NCBI GenBank assembly: GCA_963693365.1
Contig: CAVNZM010000015.1
Span: forward strand, 1,178,001 to 1,242,000
Origin: Amoebidium appalachense
Taxonomy: Eukaryota > Protista > Ichthyosporea
Length of the DNA stretch: 64,000 bases
Direction of reading: 5' to 3'
The translations under genes were made by a program, and so were the position numbers. Below are positions 58,749 to 64,000 of the stretch, piece after piece. How positions within the stretch are numbered: the first letter of the stretch is position 1; each line of letters begins with the position of its first letter. The notes below the pieces were generated by a model. It was given only the letters and a program-made list of their open reading frames with translations, had not been told where the DNA came from and did no database searches.

Positions 58749-58809
<61 letters not shown>

Positions 58810-60467
58810 CAGTGGTAGTAGTGGTTGTAGTTAAGTGGGGTGACGGGGGGGGAAGGGGGGAGGGGGGGGGGGGGGGGGGGGGGGCTCTGAGGGTGTGTGC
58901 ATGCCTGTGCCATGTGCATGCCTGTGCCATGTGCATGTGTGCCTGTGAGTATATGTGTGTGTGCGTGTGTGCTGAGAAGCACAAACAAGGACAAATAAGG
59001 GAGTGTGCGCCTGCGCGCACCTGTGCAAGTTGTGCGTGATTGTGCATGTGTTGTGATGTAAATCGATGAGTAAGCACAGGTACACAGGCATAGTGTGTGT
59101 GTATGCATGTGTATATGTGAATGTGTGCGCGTGGGGATGAGTGCGGACATTTTATTTCATGCTGTTGTGCAAACTCCAATCATCATAGCATCACGATGCA
59201 TGTGACTACAGCATGTTGCAATATCCAGATGGATCTAGGGAGTACAGCCCGGAGGAAACACCGTCGAAAAACCAGCATGCTCATGCAGCATTCAAAGCCT
59301 TACTTTCTTTGCACCTGCTACAGTTAACGTGAGCTCACGGGGATACATTAAAAGAAAAGGAGGAGAGTAGGGAGAAATGAGGGGGGATGCGGGGGGGCAA
59401 GGGGTGCGAGAGGCAAGGGCACAGGAGACGGGGAGGGAGGGAGGGAGGGATGGTCGGAAAGGAAAAAAGGGAGAGGGTTTTTACTTGGCTTTTCACACGT
59501 TGACGAAGTGCCTTATTATATGACGAATATGGCTTCTCGATAACTGTGATGTGCGGGTCCTTTAAATGCCACTGTAAAAGCCTAGCGATCCAACAGGAAC
59601 AGAATTTAAAGGGTGCGTTATTTCAGAACTTTGGCGAGTCTGTATCTACGGTGTGTAGCTTTGACAGAGCTTCCATATATAGAGCTTATATGTGTTAAGA
59701 TTTTTGTGCGCTAGCTTCATACATACGGCCAAATGTGCACAGTTGTAAGAAACATCCAAAAACAACAAAAAGAAAAACACCTTTTACCAGTGCTCCAGCT
59801 CCCTCCCTGGCTACTGCGTGAGTAGTAAGCACAGGGCGCCAACATCAGATATGGGAAACTTTCGGCCAAACTTCGCGGCCAGTCGCATATTGATCGGCAT
59901 TTAAGCTGATTAAACAAGGCGAGAGCTGTTCGAATGCGATTTGTTTATTTGCAAATAGGCGGTATGCACCCACCGAGATACTCGATCAAGATAAGCCTCC
60001 TTTTCTTCTGGTGAACTTCAAAGCGTGACCTTCGCGCCTTGCAGACTCTAAGACATGCTCATTTGGTGCAGAATTAGTCTTATAACTCTTTCTTAGAACT
60101 AATATGTTTGGAACATGAACGGGTGAGGGAGTCTGTCATCCATCACATTACTTCCTTGACAATACCCCTGAGTTATAGGGATTGGTGAGGCAGATTCCTT
60201 CGAACCACAAATATAACTTTGCTACACCAAAAGGGATAGCTCTTTTCTTGTTCAGCCGTCCGAGTGCACACCACATCCTTTCTGGATGCAACATCTACAA
60301 CAAAAACACACTCCATTCATTTTGTACCAACACCCAACCGCTCAGATGGTCTCGTTTTGGGCTACCCAATAGGAACAGTTAACACCAAGAAGAGTACTTT
60401 CTCAGACTCCCTTGCAAGGGCCTTTGTAAATCTAGCGATATATACCCCAGATAAGCAGTCAGAAAAA

Positions 60468-60550
60468 ATGGCAGATGCTGCTTGGGACGACTGGGAGACG
60501 GCAGAAGATGCAGGGGGTATGCTTGGGGTTCGCTCCTCCCCCCCCCCCCC

Positions 60551-60587
<37 letters not shown>

Positions 60588-60774
60588 TCCCTCCCTGTCC
60601 CCTCTCCCCTCGACACACGCAGCAAACCTTTACCTAAGACCTTTCCCCTTATCATTAACAGTATTTTTTGCCTGTTTACTAAAACAGTGGCTCGTGAACC
60701 CGAGGCATCGTGCTGTCGTTGAATACTTCGTCTGTGAGTCCGACTTTGGATTTTCTGACTAAACTGTGCCCCCC

Positions 60775-60809
<35 letters not shown>

Positions 60810-61136
60810 CTCCCCGTCCTCCTCTCCCCACGCGCCACTACACACATAAACGGCGCACGCAAGCACGCAGACATGCATGAGCGTACAGACACACGCACAC
60901 ACAAGCCCACGCACATGCACACAGACACACAGACACAAAACACAAAAACACACACTAACACACACAAAACACAAAGACACACAAACACAGACAAATCTAA
61001 TGCACATACACGCACATGCACATACAACACGCACACACACACATACCCCCCCCACCCCCCCACCCCCCACCCCCACACACACATACCCCCCCCCCCCCCC
61101 CCCCCCCCCCCCACACACACACACATGCCCCCTCCC

Positions 61137-61167
<31 letters not shown>

Positions 61168-62330
61168 ATACCTCTCTTCCGCCTTTTTCCCCTTCCTCGC
61201 TCCAAGGGCTCCCACCTTGTTTTAGCCCCTCCCCCCCCCTCCCCCCCCCCCCCCCCCCCCCCCCGCCCCCGGCCCCTCTCCCCCTCCCCCCCCAACCCCC
61301 CCCCCCACACACACACCATATCAGGTGTACGATAAAGTGAAAGTTAACACAGAGGAGGAGGCCCAGAAACAAAAATCATTACTCAGGTAAGCTCGATTGG
61401 ATTCCTCCCCTCCTCCCCCCTTCCCCCCTCTCCCGCGTGACTGCCCCCCCCTCCCCCCCCCCCCCCCCCCCCCCCCCGAGGTTGGGCTCTGCTTATGATG
61501 CATACTCTCTGTGTGTGCTCTGCAACACGTGTCTATATTGTTTTGTCTTTCGTAAGTGTGTTCATCGCATCCTGTAACCCATCTCTACCCCCCCCCCCCC
61601 CCCCCAAAAAAAAAAAAAAAAAGAAAAAAAAAGAAAGAAAGAAAGAAAGAAAGGCAAGAAATGAAAAAGAAAAACCCTTTTCCCTCTTGTGCAGGGCTGT
61701 CGGTTTTGGCTCAAGAATGCGTTGTGCATTGGTTTTTAGATTTGTCCTGTTTTATTATTGGTAATTTTTTTTTTTTACGATCGTTCTTTGTTTTTTTGTC
61801 TCACTTTGTTTCTTTTCTTTTGTGCATTTTATCCCCCCCCCCCTCTCTAACCCCTAACCCCCATCCCCTTCCCCCTTATTCTGGGTAAATGTTTTATCTG
61901 AAGAACCGGGTATTCAAAAGGTTGGAAGGCAATGGTGAAGCTGCGGGGGGAGGGAGGGGGGGCGGAGGTAGGTCTATACGAGGGAAGCCCTAGGTATAGG
62001 GAGATCGGATGATAACCGGCTAAAAAAATCCAATAATTGATAATAATTTACAAAAATAAAAAACATAAACCCAATAACCATAACCCTATGTGTGTCTGGG
62101 CCCTAAATGGGGGGGCTGCCGCCCCCCCAACCCCCCGCTAAGGGGCCTGACGGCCCCTTTATGTCGCTTGGGGATCGAATCGTTCTCCCCTGATTTTACG
62201 TCATCGGATCGTGTTTTGTCCAATCAGGTGCGCGGGGACTTCCGGCGTATGGACTTAGGTGGGGGGGGGGCGGAAGGAGGTCAACAGAGGATTGTGGGAG
62301 AGAACGCTAGAGGAGGGGAGGGTGTGTGTT

Positions 62331-62361
<31 letters not shown>

Positions 62362-62796
62362 AGGGGGGGGGAGGGGGGGAGGGAGGGGGGGGGACCTCTC
62401 AATTGTATGATGCTGAACCCGACTCTTATCTTTCACGAAAATTCAAAATCTCTCAAGCCATGCTACCTCAACCCCTTTTACTAATTTTCCCTCACGTTTA
62501 AAAACTCATTTACCCTACCCTACTTCCCTCCCCCCCGCCCCACCCCCCTCCCCCCGGTTCTTTTTGCCCTGCACACAACACACCACCAACCAACATAGAA
62601 CTCTTCGTTGATTTGTGTGCATGTGGGCTTCGTGTTTATGATCGTAAGCATGTATTAAATAGTTATTGCAATAAGGAATGCATTTTTGAGAACAAACCCC
62701 CTCTTTTCTCTCATTCATTGCAACTTTTTTGTTCTCTCCGCCTCTTCCCCCCTTCCCCCCCTCCCCCTCCCCCCCCCCCCCCCCCCGGATATTTAC

Positions 62797-62839
<43 letters not shown>

Positions 62840-63371
62840 CAGTAAGTTTGACCCAAATGCCAAAGTCTTTGTGATGAAAACGGAAGATCAGGCTTCACAG
62901 TTTGTTCCTCAGGTATAAAACGAACCCCCCCCCCCCCCCCCCCCCCCCCCCAAGAAAACACTTTACTGCTGGCAGAGGCTGAAGTGGAGGGGGTAGAGTT
63001 TGGGGAGGGGGGAAGGGGGTGGGTGGGTGGTGGGGGGGGGGGGGGAGGGGGGAAGTGTGGGAGGTGGGCGCCGGGGGGAGGGGGGGGGGAGGGGGGGGGG
63101 GGTATACAGGAGGAAACACGGGAACACAGTATTTGGTGTAAACGCGCGTGAATCCCTGATGACGGGTTCGGTTCTGAGTCACTTTTTTGCCTTCTTCCTC
63201 CTTTTTCTTTTAGACCGAAAGCCTGAAATATTATCTGCGTGTCTTTCCGATTCTCTGACACCCTCTATTTAAATCCTCGGGAGTACCTCCACCCACCTCA
63301 CATATACCTGCCCACATCTCAAACCTCTCGTCTCAATTCGAATCATCCGCTCATTTTGCACCCGCCCCTCC

Positions 63372-63415
<44 letters not shown>

Positions 63416-63419
63416 CAAC

Positions 63420-63493
<74 letters not shown>

Positions 63494-63518
63494 CACACAC
63501 ACACACACACACACACAA

Positions 63519-63554
<36 letters not shown>

Positions 63555-63976
63555 ACACACGCACGCACCAAACCACCACCACCCCACCACCCCCACCCCT
63601 GGCACCACCACCGCCAACTTCTCTGCTTGTCCCTACATCCCACTGAGATTGCCACCACTCACATTATAAAGTTTTATATATTGCAAAACACCACTCACAC
63701 CACCGCCACCACAGGTTAAAATCTTAAAGCGCCAATCACCATCGTCGCCAGGCAGTAGCACCGCAGCCACCGTGAGAAACATTGTGGGTGCCGTGACGTC
63801 ATCACCATCCGCCAACGCCCAAAAAACGCTAGAACAGAGGGAGCAGGATTACGCAAAGGCCCGCGCGCGAATTTTCGGCGAAAATTCAAACACCACGGGG
63901 GGCCCCAAGACTATGCAAGAGAAGGAGGAGGCTTATGCGGCGGCGAGAGCGAGAATTTTCGCTGATAGTCAACCAG
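60468..63976 (+). CDS. SZRD1: SUZ-domain protein SZRD1-like, 5' part; exons 60468-~60516, 61325-61386, 62843-62912, 63715-63976; continues beyond the window
   Basis: [16 protein letters not shown] start, [27 protein letters not shown]. The exon 1/2 junction is off by one base as sequenced (G5 run), or uses the AAG at 61337. Confidence 0.85.
61995..62215. mobile_element. Possible non-autonomous DNA element (Helentron/MITE-like) in an SZRD1 intron
   Basis: Two adjacent 8-bp hairpins (62109-62128, 62140-62159), an AACCATAACCCT motif, and an imperfect inverted repeat GATCGGATGA (~62003) / TCATCGGATC (62201). Confidence 0.35.
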
Positions 63977-64000
63977 GTATGTTGGGGACAGAACCCTCCC

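Noticed and set aside
61846-61862. Telomere-like TAACCCC repeats
   Set aside because: Only two units, inside an intron.

Overview
Intron-rich eukaryotic genomic DNA using the standard code (TAA, TAG and TGA all end genes). Introns are full of poly(C)/poly(G) tracts and (CA)n/(GT)n microsatellites, so nearly all ORFs in the supplied track are low-complexity artefacts. Manual splicing gives eight genes: SEC61G (3' part, +), a 7TM-RGS fusion (+), an alpha/beta hydrolase (-), MPPE1/PGAP5 (-), VPS25 (+), an FBXL2/20-type F-box-LRR protein ending in CVIL (+, 17 coding exons), SGF29 (-, 5' exons unresolved) and SZRD1 (+, runs off the window). Gene content fits a unicellular holozoan such as an ichthyosporean; this is inference only. 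Three observations stand out. (1) A non-coding interspersed repeat family ends in poly(C), has shared 3' ends and variable 5' truncation, carries a compensatory base-pair change between divergent copies, and lies sense to the host gene in every intronic copy I could assign. (2) Several intronic tandem arrays are copies of the neighbouring splice junction, giving ladders of decoy splice sites. (3) Splice signals are unusual: degenerate donors next to C-runs, and acceptors preceded by (CA)n instead of a pyrimidine tract. All coordinates were read by eye. Homopolymer lengths may include sequencing error.
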